Shown here: piece by piece, positions 38,020 through 47,868 of the stretch
How positions within the stretch are numbered: the first letter of the stretch is position 1
Layout: every line of letters starts with the position of its first letter
DNA from: Gammaproteobacteria bacterium
GTDB lineage: Bacteria; Pseudomonadota; Gammaproteobacteria; UBA6429; Thiohalophilaceae
Assembly: GCA_024275115.1 (NCBI GenBank)
Contig: JAJRZT010000065.1
Coordinates: 4,955-68,954, forward strand
Direction of reading: 5' to 3'
DNA: 64,000 nt
Program-made: the position numbers and the translations under genes
Notes under the pieces: generated by a model
What the model saw: the letters and a program-made list of their open reading frames with translations, nothing else
Databases searched by the model: none
Told to the model about the DNA's origin: nothing

Positions 38020-38997
38020 ATGAATCCCGCATTCAGTGTCATATTTTTAACAACTTTAATTGGCGTTGGCCAGGGCTTATTTTTAGCCTTATTCACAGGA
38101 CAAAGTTACTCCGCCGTTAAATTACTTCCGGCTGCGACCAGCGTCGAGTTTTACAGTATTGGTGGTCTGATTGCGCTGCTGTTTTTAGTCGGTGGGCTGA
38201 TTGCTTCATTCTTCCACCTTGGCCATCCGGAACGTGCATGGCGTGCAGCGGCGATGTGGCGCACCTCCTGGTTATCGCGTGAAGTGCTCGCTCTACCCGC
38301 CGTCATGGGCTTACTGTTTATTTATGCTCTTATGCATTATATGGAATGGGATATCGTGCTATTTACCAGCGAAGCCGGTGCCGAGCTTTCTGTTTCACTT
38401 ATCGTGGGCATCTTAGGTATGCTGGCAACTTTTGCATTGTTCTTATGCACCGGCATGATTTACGCCTGCATTAAATTTTTACAGGAATGGCATACCCCAC
38501 TTACCGTTATTAACTACACCTTGCTCGGCACCGCTTCCGGTTTTGTATTAGCAACGGCATTCGCAACTTACACTGCGCCGGGCTTGCTTAAGTTCTTCGG
38601 CATATGGTCGATTATTATTACCCTCACAGCTTTAATTACTCGTGTTGCATCTTTATTACGTAACCGCAACATTAAATACAAATCATCAGCACAAACCGCC
38701 ATTGGTGTGCGCCATACCAAAGTAAAACAAATTGCAATGGGCATGATGGGCGGTTCGGTTAACACTCGTGACTTTAATCATCATATGTCTGCATTGTTTT
38801 TTAAATCCATTAAATGGGTTTTTCTGGTGCTGGTTTTTGTTGTTCCAAGTATCTTAATCTGGGCGGGCATCGAAGAGGCTAATCGTACGCTGCTATTCAG
38901 TGCTTTTATCGTGCAGTACATTGGTTTAATTGCCGAGCGTTGGTTTTTCTTTGCACAGGCGAATCATCCACAAAATATTTACTATCAAACTGTTTAA
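38020..38997 (+). CDS. soeC: SoeC membrane anchor (DmsC/NrfD family)
   Basis: MNPAFSVIFLTT, SFFHLGHPERAWRA..WRTSWLSRE, ERWFFFAQA.HPQN.YY. Confidence 0.92.
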   Translation: MNPAFSVIFLTTLIGVGQGLFLALFTGQSYSAVKLLPAATSVEFYSIGGLIALLFLVGGLIASFFHLGHPERAWRAAAMWRTSWLSREVLALPAVMGLLFIYALMHYMEWDIVLFTSEAGAELSVSLIVGILGMLATFALFLCTGMIYACIKFLQEWHTPLTVINYTLLGTASGFVLATAFATYTAPGLLKFFGIWSIIITLTALITRVASLLRNRNIKYKSSAQTAIGVRHTKVKQIAMGMMGGSVNTRDFNHHMSALFFKSIKWVFLVLVFVVPSILIWAGIEEANRTLLFSAFIVQYIGLIAERWFFFAQANHPQNIYYQTV

Positions 38998-39008
38998 ACT
39001 GCATTAAA

Positions 39009-39040
39009 GCGTAGCCTGTTTGCTCTCTGGCAGGCTACGC
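39009..39040 (+). terminator. Stem-loop after soeC
   Basis: GCGTAGCCTG...CAGGCTACGC, 11 bp after the stop; weak T-tract. Confidence 0.55.
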
Positions 39041-39151
39041 ATTTCCCCCACCTGCCCCAGGATGAACTTAATCGCATATTGCGATGTCTATGGTACAATC
39101 AAAATATGATCCAGGAACAGCCCATTACCAATATATCAAAAGAGCTACCTT

Positions 39152-40114
39152 ATGAAAAAACACAGCGTTTTTATTTCTGTTTTCTTTTTGATTTTTAGTC
39201 TTAACGTACAAGCGGGTAGCATAGAAAAAAAATATCCGACCGTTGATGTTGATTTAAAAGCCGTTAAAGTATCCAAACACGTTTACTTTGTTCAGGGTAA
39301 GGCCGGCATTGCCACCGACAACGCAGGCTTTATTTCTAATGCTGGCTTTGTTGTAACCAATGAAGGTGTGGTTGTCTTTGATGCCTTAGGCACACCATCA
39401 CTGGCTGTAAAACTTTACAAAGAAATTCGAAAAGTCACCCAGCAACCCATTCGCTATGTGATTATGAGCCATTACCATGCCGACCATCTTTATGGCTTGC
39501 AGGTTTTTAAAGAACTCGGTGCAAAAGTTATTGCACCACAAGGTGCGCGTGTTTATCTTGCATCGGATGTATCGGATAATTTATTAGCAACACGGCGTGT
39601 CGACCTTGCTCCATGGGTAAACGAGTCAACCCATCTTGTTCCGGCCGATCAATATATCAGCACGGAATACAAATTTAGTTTAGGTGGTATTCAGTTTAAA
39701 ATAACCCCGCTGGGTAACGCCCATTCAGAAGGTGACTTAACCTTGTTGGTTGAACCGGATAATGTTTTATTTTCAGGCGATTTAATATTTGAAGGGCGTA
39801 TTCCTTTTGTTGGCCAGGCGAATATTTTTAACTGGCTAAAAGCGCTGGAAACAATGCGCAATGTTAATGTTTCGGCTGTTTTGCCCGGCCATGGCCCGTT
39901 AGCAAAAGATCCCAATGCTTTAATCAATATGACCTATAACTACCTGTCACTTCTTAAAAATACCATGCAAACCGCCGTTGAAAACTGGACCCCATTTGCC
40001 GAAGCCTATGCACAAATAGACTGGGGGGATTATATGTTCCTGCCCGCCTTTGATGCAGCGAATAGAATGAATGCTTATAATGTCTTTTTATTTATGGAAA
40101 GAACGAACCAATAA
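39152..40114 (+). CDS. Periplasmic MBL-fold metallo-hydrolase (SoxH-like)
   Basis: Signal peptide; SNAGFVVT, SHYHADH, AHS.GD, FSGDL, PGHG. Confidence 0.85.
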   Translation: MKKHSVFISVFFLIFSLNVQAGSIEKKYPTVDVDLKAVKVSKHVYFVQGKAGIATDNAGFISNAGFVVTNEGVVVFDALGTPSLAVKLYKEIRKVTQQPIRYVIMSHYHADHLYGLQVFKELGAKVIAPQGARVYLASDVSDNLLATRRVDLAPWVNESTHLVPADQYISTEYKFSLGGIQFKITPLGNAHSEGDLTLLVEPDNVLFSGDLIFEGRIPFVGQANIFNWLKALETMRNVNVSAVLPGHGPLAKDPNALINMTYNYLSLLKNTMQTAVENWTPFAEAYAQIDWGDYMFLPAFDAANRMNAYNVFLFMERTNQ

Positions 40115-40152
40115 ATAATTTAGCGTTTCTAAATCACCCGTATAAATTAGAC

Positions 40153-40779
40153 TTAAAACTTATAACGCAAACCCAGTGCCCAGGCATTTGATGCACCATG
40201 CACACCGTCAAATAATCCAAACACACCTGAACGATGATGAATCCGCAACACCACTTGCCAATTTTTATTTTCAGGGTGAGCAAAGGTTGTTTCAAAAGCA
40301 AGAAAATTTAATAACCTCGTTGCACGCTCATGATTATCGGCTTCAAACTGAGGGGTAACAGTTGTGTATGAAAGTCCTTCTCCAAGTGCAAAGCTCATAT
40401 CAATAACATTGTCCCAGAACATATCCGCCAAACGTATAAAAATAGCAGCTGTATACTCTTTATATTTTTCTACTCCCTGATGTTTTGCAAATTGCCCTTC
40501 AAATTCAATATCAAACTGTTTAAACGAATTAATTTTTCTTGCCACCGCCAAAGAAATAAAATTCTGATTGCTGGGGAAATCGGCACTAAACAGTATCGTG
40601 TCAGTGGTTGTGTCCGCCGTCTTTGTTGCAACAAAAAATGAGACGGACCAGATATTTTCTGTGGCAACGCTATCTGTGGCAAAACTACTATGCATCCCCA
40701 AAAAAAATACCGCGGCAATAAGCAGGCTGTAAACACCCGCTGTATAGTTAGATTTTATCGAAAAAAGCATATATTTCAC
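40153..40779 (-). CDS. Outer-membrane beta-barrel protein (PagL/acyloxyacyl-hydrolase-like)
   Basis: GEGLSY, RIHHRSG motif; C-terminal LGLRYKF barrel signature. Confidence 0.6.
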   Translation of the reverse strand: MKYMLFSIKSNYTAGVYSLLIAAVFFLGMHSSFATDSVATENIWSVSFFVATKTADTTTDTILFSADFPSNQNFISLAVARKINSFKQFDIEFEGQFAKHQGVEKYKEYTAAIFIRLADMFWDNVIDMSFALGEGLSYTTVTPQFEADNHERATRLLNFLAFETTFAHPENKNWQVVLRIHHRSGVFGLFDGVHGASNAWALGLRYKF

Positions 40780-40915
40780 CTTAATATAATTACCTTTTAA
40801 TATTCAACAACTTAGCACCTTCCCGTTAGTATATTTAACCCTGTTCCGCTTAAGTTTACTCTGGGACTGCCGATATACTGAAATAGAAGTATGACGTAAA
40901 AACAGGTGCAGCAGT

Positions 40916-41338
40916 ATGGCTATCGATAAAACACTTTATGACCGCCTCGGTGGCAAACCAACCTACGTAACAGTACACAAAATATTTTATGACAAAGCCT
41001 ATGCCCATCCCTGGCTAAGTCGCTACTTTACAGACAAACCCCAGGAACTGCTGGAAAACCAGCAAACGGATTTTATGATTCAGCTAATGGGCGGGCCAAA
41101 ATGCTATTCGGGTAAATCGCCCAAGTCAGCTCACCAGCATATCCTGATCACCGATGAACTTTTTGAGCTGCGGGCACAAATGCTTTCGGAATCCATCACC
41201 GAAGCCGGCATCAGCGATGAATTAAGAGACGAATGGTTAGCTGCAGATGCCACTTTCCAACGTGCACTGGTAAAAACATCAGAAGATGAATGTGTGCGGG
41301 CTTACCCAACCCAGCCTGTCCTTAATTTTCAACGCTAA
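40916..41338 (+). CDS. Group 1 truncated haemoglobin
   Basis: TLYDRLGG...FYD...F......Q..F....GGP..Y.G.....AH..I.I. Confidence 0.88.
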   Translation: MAIDKTLYDRLGGKPTYVTVHKIFYDKAYAHPWLSRYFTDKPQELLENQQTDFMIQLMGGPKCYSGKSPKSAHQHILITDELFELRAQMLSESITEAGISDELRDEWLAADATFQRALVKTSEDECVRAYPTQPVLNFQR

Positions 41339-41503
41339 AAGTAAATGCTGCTGAATACAAGCTTCATCCCCTTGCAGATTTTCAAACAAAACCTTCACAT
41401 TTCCGCTATCAATTTCCTAAAATCGTTCCGTATATTGTGAAATACACTAACTATTTTTAGCCATACCGCTTACAATCAACACATATTTCAAGATATCACA
41501 ACA

Positions 41504-42802
41504 ATGAACAACTTAGACTTATTGCAAAAATTTTTGTCCGATAAATTACAAACTATTCTGGTTGTTGATAGTGCATGGCAACTGGCCGTTTTGTTTATCG
41601 CGTTTATTATTGCCTGGAAACTGAATAGTCACTGGAACAAGCGCTTAACCGCGCACCTCGGTGAAGAAGAGCAACATGGCATTTCCCGTTTTTTATTGCG
41701 GGGCTCCGGTTACCTTGTCTTTCCTGTTATTACTCTGTTGTTTATTTATATCGGTGTTATCGGTTTGCAGTTCTATAATATTGCAACCCCGCTTCTTGAT
41801 GTCATTATTCCATTGCTGCTGTCACTTGCCGCTATTCGTGTATCGGTATACAGCTTAAGGCGCGCCTTTACCAAAACCCGCAATTTACGCACATGGGAAG
41901 GTTTTATCAGTATCAGTATCTGGGGACTGGTTGCGCTGCATTTACTCGGCTGGTTACCAGACATACTCAGCGCACTAGACAGCGCGGCAATTACCTTTGG
42001 TGATAATCGCGTATCTATTCTGTCTGTTAGTAAATTTATCATTATTGCGGGTATTTATATTGTTGCCGCTCGCTGGCTTGCGATGTTAATTGAACAACGT
42101 ACCCAGCGTTCAAAAGTGATTAGCTCCAGCATGCAAGTGGGCTTAAGCAAGTTTGCAACGGTCGCCTTATACAGCATTGCAATCATTATTGCTCTAAACA
42201 GCGTGGGCATCGATCTAACAACGTTAACCGTGTTTGGTGGCGCAATTGGTGTGGGCCTAGGCTTTGGCTTAAAAAGTATTGCGAGTAATTTTATTAGTGG
42301 TTTTATCTTGCTGTTTGATCGTTCGATTAAACCTGGTGATGTCATCAGCATTGGCGACCGGTTTGGCTGGGTAGTGGCCCTGCATGCCCGTTATATTGTT
42401 GTTAAAGATAGGGACGGGGTAGAAACGCTCATTCCAAATGAAAATATTATTACCTCGGAAGTGACAAACTGGAGTTATAGTGATAAGCATGTACGTGTAA
42501 AAATTCCCGTTCAAGTGAGTTACAACGATGATGTTGAACAGGCTATGCAACTCATGCTCGATGCCTGTCATATTTCTCCACGTGTATTAAAAACACCTGA
42601 GCCAACCGTTCGGCTAACAAACTTTGCTGATAATGGTATCGAACTTGAGCTAAGGCTTTGGCTTGATGACCCTGAACAGGGGGTTGGCAGTGTTAAGTCC
42701 GATATTAACCTTGCTATATGGAAAGCATTTAAAGAAAATTCCATCACCATTCCATTTCCACAACGCGATGTTCATCTTATAAAAGATGCACTTGCTGACT
42801 AA
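41504..42802 (+). CDS. Mechanosensitive channel MscS family protein
   Basis: GAIGVGLGFGL..IASNFISG..LL..RSIKPGD, IPNE..I...VTNWS, IPFPQRDVH. Confidence 0.92.
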   Translation: MNNLDLLQKFLSDKLQTILVVDSAWQLAVLFIAFIIAWKLNSHWNKRLTAHLGEEEQHGISRFLLRGSGYLVFPVITLLFIYIGVIGLQFYNIATPLLDVIIPLLLSLAAIRVSVYSLRRAFTKTRNLRTWEGFISISIWGLVALHLLGWLPDILSALDSAAITFGDNRVSILSVSKFIIIAGIYIVAARWLAMLIEQRTQRSKVISSSMQVGLSKFATVALYSIAIIIALNSVGIDLTTLTVFGGAIGVGLGFGLKSIASNFISGFILLFDRSIKPGDVISIGDRFGWVVALHARYIVVKDRDGVETLIPNENIITSEVTNWSYSDKHVRVKIPVQVSYNDDVEQAMQLMLDACHISPRVLKTPEPTVRLTNFADNGIELELRLWLDDPEQGVGSVKSDINLAIWKAFKENSITIPFPQRDVHLIKDALAD

Positions 42803-42807
42803 ATCTG

Positions 42808-43392
42808 CTATTCAAAATCATTAACTAAAGCTTGCTGTGTATTACTGTCAATAGGTGATACCTTCTGCATAAAGCCCTCATAATCAATGCCCATGGATAA
42901 AGCCTTACCTGACTTGAGTGCCGCAATCATTTCATCGCTAAACTCAAAACGCATAAAATGCACCGCGGATGTTTTTTCATCCCGATTTCTATCCATGTCT
43001 TCATCGGCAATCGCATAGACCTTATCGAAGCCTTCCACCTGTATCCAGACTTTTTCCTCGATACCACCAAGTGTTTCGAGTACACGCTGGCGTTCTTCTG
43101 CATCTGAATATTCAATCATAAAGGTTGCTTTGAGATTTTTACCCTCAGGTATTAACGGGTTATAGGCTGACAGTTCTTCATTAATGCCATCGGCTTCAAA
43201 GATTTTCTCAATACGTAGCATTTCCTGTATTTGATACTGAATCGTCATACGATCTTCAAAATATAAAGTCGCATTCTCACCTAATGCAACCTGGCGGTTT
43301 TTTTTGTGCTCTAATACGGATGCTCGATAATCCTGCCTTTTGTTTGCATATTCTTCTAAAGAAAATAAATCATCACGGGTTAAATTTTTCAT
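42808..43392 (-). CDS. DUF3501 family protein
   Basis: YQIQEMLRIE, YNPLIP, KTSAVHF.RF; typical third gene of the rubrerythrin cluster. Confidence 0.85.
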   Translation of the reverse strand: MKNLTRDDLFSLEEYANKRQDYRASVLEHKKNRQVALGENATLYFEDRMTIQYQIQEMLRIEKIFEADGINEELSAYNPLIPEGKNLKATFMIEYSDAEERQRVLETLGGIEEKVWIQVEGFDKVYAIADEDMDRNRDEKTSAVHFMRFEFSDEMIAALKSGKALSMGIDYEGFMQKVSPIDSNTQQALVNDFE

Positions 43393-43412
43393 GCTGTTTC
43401 TCTGTCTCTAAC

Positions 43413-44741
43413 TTAAATGGCGTAAGCTTTTCTTAATAAGCTAAGCGGGTGTGTCGGCGCTACGGAACCGTCATTCAGCCCGTTTTCTATTTGATGCCCG
43501 GCCATCGGGCAGTCACTGGAATAATAATCTGCTTCAAACTGTTTAACCTTATTCACTACCGGCCGGGCGATTTTCATGGATATTTTATGGAATTCAACTT
43601 TTACTGCATAGGTACCGTCATGGCCGGAACAGCGTTCAATCGGCAGTACTTCGGTGTCAGGAATAAGCTGAAGGAGATCGCGGGTTTTCATACCTATTTT
43701 TTGTACTCGTAAATGACAGGCCACCTGATAGGCGATTTTGCCAAGTGGTTTTTTAAAGTCGATCTTTAGCTTGTCTTCTTTGTGGCGTAGCATTAAGTAT
43801 TCAAACGGATCAAAAAATGCCTGTTGTACTTTTTGAACATCTGCATTCTCAGGAAACATTAATGGTAACTCCTGTTTAAACATCAACACACACGACGGTA
43901 CGGCGGCAACAAGGTCAAAACCATCATCCACTAATTTGGCAAGCACAGGAATGTTTACCTGCATGGCTTTTTCGACTGCTTGCAGGTCACCTAATTCCAG
44001 CTTTGGCATACCGCAACATTGTTCTTTTTCTGCAATCGTTGTTTGAATACCATTGTGTTCAAAAACAGCAACCAGATCATCATTAAGTTGTGGCTCATTG
44101 ACATTACAATAGCAGGTTGCAAATAAAGCAACTTTGCCGGTTGTTTTGTTACCGGCATCAACCGTTATAACCTGGCTGCCTTTATAACGGGAGCGGAACG
44201 ATGAACTATGGTATTCGGGTAAAACCGCATCGGCATGCACACCTAAAACAGACTGTAATACTTTACGTGCTGATTTTAGTTTATTAATAAAATTAACCGT
44301 TTGAGCAACAACCGGTGTACCGACCAGCTTGCCAACCGTATCGGTTGCCGATAATAATTTATCTCGGGAGGATGCGCCCTGCTGTTTAAACTTAACAGCT
44401 TTGGCGCGTAACATCACATGGGGAAAATCAAGGTTCCATTCATGCGGTGGCACATAGGGGCACTTGGTTAAATAACAAAGGTCACACAGATAACAGTGGT
44501 CGACCACTTTCCAGTAGTCCTGTTTTTCAACGCCGTCCACTTCCATGGTATTGGACTCATCGACCAAATCAAAGAGTGTCGGGAAAGCATTGCATAAACT
44601 CACGCAGCGACGGCAACCATGGCAAATATCATACACGCGCTCTAGCTCATTGAATAAAGCGCCCTCATTATAAAATTCCGGATTTTTCCAATCGAGAGGA
44701 TGACGCATTGGAGCTTCTAAACTGCCTTCACGAGGAGCCAT
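43413..44741 (-). CDS. Rubrerythrin-associated Fe-S oxidoreductase (GlpC-like, CCG domains)
   Basis: CHGCRRCVSLC, CYLCDLC...KCPY, CCGMP, CSGHDG. Confidence 0.88.
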   Translation of the reverse strand: MAPREGSLEAPMRHPLDWKNPEFYNEGALFNELERVYDICHGCRRCVSLCNAFPTLFDLVDESNTMEVDGVEKQDYWKVVDHCYLCDLCYLTKCPYVPPHEWNLDFPHVMLRAKAVKFKQQGASSRDKLLSATDTVGKLVGTPVVAQTVNFINKLKSARKVLQSVLGVHADAVLPEYHSSSFRSRYKGSQVITVDAGNKTTGKVALFATCYCNVNEPQLNDDLVAVFEHNGIQTTIAEKEQCCGMPKLELGDLQAVEKAMQVNIPVLAKLVDDGFDLVAAVPSCVLMFKQELPLMFPENADVQKVQQAFFDPFEYLMLRHKEDKLKIDFKKPLGKIAYQVACHLRVQKIGMKTRDLLQLIPDTEVLPIERCSGHDGTYAVKVEFHKISMKIARPVVNKVKQFEADYYSSDCPMAGHQIENGLNDGSVAPTHPLSLLRKAYAI

Positions 44742-44822
44742 AGGAGATACCCTTTGATTTAATAATGAGACTTAAATTATCGCTCCAGCCATCAGGAAAT
44801 GATGGCCAGAGAAACAACGAGT

Positions 44823-45242
44823 TTAATCGTCCAGATTATCTAATGCTTTCTGGAACCGATTAGCATGTGAACGTTCTGCTTTGGCCAGCGTTTCAAACCA
44901 GTCTGCAATTTCATCGAAATTTTCTTCACGTGCCGCTTTCGCCATACCCGGGTACATGTCGGTGTATTCATGTGTTTCACCGGCGATGGCAGCTTTAAGG
45001 TTGTCGCTGGTTGAACCAATCGGTAGACCGGTTGCTGGGTCGCCACTTTCTTCCAGATATTCCAGATGACCGTGCGCATGGCCCGTTTCGCCTTCGGCGG
45101 TTGAACGGAAAACAGTCGATACATCGTTATAACCTTCAACGTCTGCTTTTGCCGCAAAATATAAATAACGACGGTTCGCCTGTGATTCACCGGCGAAAGC
45201 GTCTTTCAAGTTTTGTTCTGTTTTACTTCCTTTTAAGGACAT
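44823..45242 (-). CDS. rbr: Rubrerythrin, short type without rubredoxin domain
   Basis: [43 protein letters not shown]; start at MSLKGS. Confidence 0.92.
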   Translation of the reverse strand: MSLKGSKTEQNLKDAFAGESQANRRYLYFAAKADVEGYNDVSTVFRSTAEGETGHAHGHLEYLEESGDPATGLPIGSTSDNLKAAIAGETHEYTDMYPGMAKAAREENFDEIADWFETLAKAERSHANRFQKALDNLDD

Positions 45243-45347
45243 AATGTCACCTCTTTTTGTTATCAATTGAAAAAATAGTCAACGTCAAAACGACTTTGCA
45301 TTCAGGTTGAAAAACTTACCCTAAATCCGGGCCAATAAGCTCAAAAC

Positions 45348-45372
45348 CCAATTTAGAATCAGTCTAAATTGG
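45348..45372. promoter_or_regulatory. Fur-family (Irr/PerR-like) operator upstream of rbr
   Basis: CCAATTTAGA-ATCAG-TCTAAATTGG inverted repeat; core TTTAGAATCAGTCTAAA matches TTTRGAAYNRTTCYAAA at 16/17 positions. Confidence 0.6.
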
Positions 45373-45564
45373 TATGAAAAATAGCCCAGATAGGGTTGGG
45401 TGTCAAGTTAATTTAAATCGCAACCGGGAACCGGGCACTCCATTTAATAATAGTTCACCGATCACAATTAAAACACTGAGTTAGATCAATTTTAGGCAGA
45501 ATAAAACCGTTCAGCCTGTTCTGGCTGGACGTGAAAAAAATTGGTTATGTTAGATTTCCGTTGT

Positions 45565-46833
45565 TTACGGTAATACCTTGTTAATAAGCACGGTCACCGA
45601 GTGGGTGTCTTTTACTGTTACTGGTTCTGACTGGCCCTGTGCGTCACCGCTTTCAGGTGTCGCCTGACCCGATTTGGAAACCCGGACAATAATATTAACT
45701 TCGGCAAAACTGGACAGCTTCATTGTCGGTTGCATTGCCATACTGTCGTCCAGCACGATTGTAAAAGGAAGGTCTTTTACCTGCTTGCGCACTATCGCCA
45801 ATGGCATTTTAGGGCCTTTGGCAGCACGCGCATACACCAGAACGAAGTCATCGGGCGATACCTTGCTCCTGATGTTGTCGGCTAACTTTACACTCACACG
45901 AATACTCGTGGCCGTAACATCGCCACTACCCGACTCAACAGGTACGGTAGGTTGCACTGCTTTTATCGTCGGCTCCAACCCCATTTTACGTTCAGCCGCA
46001 GCAATAAGTGACTGAATTTGTTCAACAGAGCGTGGCTCATTTGCAACAATGGGCAATAATTTTTTCCATAATTTAATTGCCGTTTTGCCATCGCCACTTT
46101 CAGCATAGCCTAAACCCGCCAACCATAAAGCCATTGGGTTATCCGGCTTTTTCTCCAATGCCTTTTTAATCAACTCAAAAGGTTCACCGGCCATACGCCC
46201 GCCACGCTCCATCGTCATTGCATCGGCCAGGGTAATCAGAACCGTAACATCATCGCCCACCAGTTGGCGCAAATGTTTTAATGCGGCTACGGCACGATCA
46301 TATTTTTTTAGTGACATATAAGTTCGAGCCAGGGTGTACCAGCCATCCTGATTGTCAGGATTTTTTTCCAGTTTTGACTCAAGCAGTAATGCCATCTCCT
46401 CAACCGAGCCAAGATGTTTTTTGCTGTCCACCTCTGTTGATGGCTGCACCTGCTGCATTGCCTGTGTATCCCGATTAATAGTGTCGGGTGTTCCCCATAA
46501 CCAGTACAAAGCCAGCGCCAGTAGAGGAATAACCGTAATAATGACATACGCACTGTTTTCAACTTTTGGTGAAGCTGTCTGCGCTGCTGCACTATCACGA
46601 ATATCTTCTAATAGCGACTTTTCAATTTCAGTTCGGGTTTGTTCAAATTCCTGCTGTGAAATTTCTTCCTGCTGTAGACGTAATTCCAGTTCGGTTAAAC
46701 GTTCTTTTGCTATCGCTGCATTTTGTGAATCTGTATCGTCCAGACTAACTGCACGTTTACCGAGTAACGCCGGTGTAATGAGCCATAACACCAGGATAAC
46801 AAGAAGTAAGGAAAAAAACATAAAGCCCATCAT
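45565..46833 (-). CDS. ccmI: Cytochrome c biogenesis protein CcmI (CycH), TPR
   Basis: Two TMs, TPR region (NPDNQDGW..LAR.Y), GPKMPLA C-terminal domain. Confidence 0.88.
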   Translation of the reverse strand: MMGFMFFSLLLVILVLWLITPALLGKRAVSLDDTDSQNAAIAKERLTELELRLQQEEISQQEFEQTRTEIEKSLLEDIRDSAAAQTASPKVENSAYVIITVIPLLALALYWLWGTPDTINRDTQAMQQVQPSTEVDSKKHLGSVEEMALLLESKLEKNPDNQDGWYTLARTYMSLKKYDRAVAALKHLRQLVGDDVTVLITLADAMTMERGGRMAGEPFELIKKALEKKPDNPMALWLAGLGYAESGDGKTAIKLWKKLLPIVANEPRSVEQIQSLIAAAERKMGLEPTIKAVQPTVPVESGSGDVTATSIRVSVKLADNIRSKVSPDDFVLVYARAAKGPKMPLAIVRKQVKDLPFTIVLDDSMAMQPTMKLSSFAEVNIIVRVSKSGQATPESGDAQGQSEPVTVKDTHSVTVLINKVLP

Positions 46834-47300
46834 GATGCATCATCCTTTTTTAATGTGCTCTGCAATAATCGTTGAGCACGTTGATGCTCCGCATCGCTTA
46901 GCTCAACAGAGCCAGCCTGGCTACGTTGCCTGATAACTCTAAACAATACAGTCATTGCTATCAAAAAAAAGATAAGCGGCCCCAACCATAATAAAAGAGT
47001 AATGGTTTTAAAGGGTGGCTTATACAAGACAAAATCACCATAACGTGCGACCATAAAATCAGCAATCTGCTGATTGCTTTTACCTTCTGAAATCATTTGA
47101 TAAACCTTGTCGCGCATATCTTTCGCCAGCTCAGAATTAGAATCTTTTAAATTCTGGTTCTGACAAACAAGACACCGTAGTTCATCAATTAATATATTAT
47201 AACGAGCTTCAAGCTCAGCTCGTTCGAACTGCCGAAATTCAACACCTGCATGAACCAGGTTTAACTGCAAAATCATAAATAAAACTATAAAAATACGCAT
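46830..47300 (-). CDS. ccmH: Cytochrome c biogenesis protein CcmH
   Basis: LRCLVCQNQ, RYGDFVLYKPP. Confidence 0.93.
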   Translation of the reverse strand: MRIFIVLFMILQLNLVHAGVEFRQFERAELEARYNILIDELRCLVCQNQNLKDSNSELAKDMRDKVYQMISEGKSNQQIADFMVARYGDFVLYKPPFKTITLLLWLGPLIFFLIAMTVLFRVIRQRSQAGSVELSDAEHQRAQRLLQSTLKKDDAS

Positions 47301-47322
47301 CGTGTTCTGTACCTGAAGTAAA

Positions 47323-47859
47323 TTATTTTTCTGCTCGCAGCTCTTTAATTAAAGGGATAACAATTTCGTTTAAGTCTTTATAACTTATCGGACCAATATG
47401 CTTGTAACGAATAATGCCCTTCTTGTCGATAAAGAATGTTTCCGGCACACCGTAAACACCGTAGTCAAAACCCACCAAACCTTTTTGATCCGTAACCACC
47501 ACACTGTATGGATTACCTAATTGTCTTAGCCAGGCTTTAGCCTCGGCGTTAGTATCTTTATAATTAAAGCCAACAATATCCACTATATTTTGTTTAGCTA
47601 ATTGATTAAACATGGGATGTTCAGCCCGACAGGCAACACACCATGATGCCCAGATATTTAATAACCAGACCTTACCCTTTAACATTTGCGGGTTGAATTT
47701 TACACTGGGGTCATCCAGCCGTGGCAACTCGAAATACGGTGCAGGTTTACCAACTAAAGGGGACGGTACCTTTCGCGGGTCATTGCTAAGCCCAGCCGCC
47801 AGCAAGGCAACCAGCAAAACAAAAGCTATCAGCGGCAGAAGGAATTTTATTTTTAACAT
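47323..47859 (-). CDS. ccmG: Thiol:disulfide interchange protein CcmG/DsbE
   Basis: WASWCVAC, GVYGVPETF. Confidence 0.93.
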   Translation of the reverse strand: MLKIKFLLPLIAFVLLVALLAAGLSNDPRKVPSPLVGKPAPYFELPRLDDPSVKFNPQMLKGKVWLLNIWASWCVACRAEHPMFNQLAKQNIVDIVGFNYKDTNAEAKAWLRQLGNPYSVVVTDQKGLVGFDYGVYGVPETFFIDKKGIIRYKHIGPISYKDLNEIVIPLIKELRAEK

Positions 47860-47868
47860 CGCTATTTC

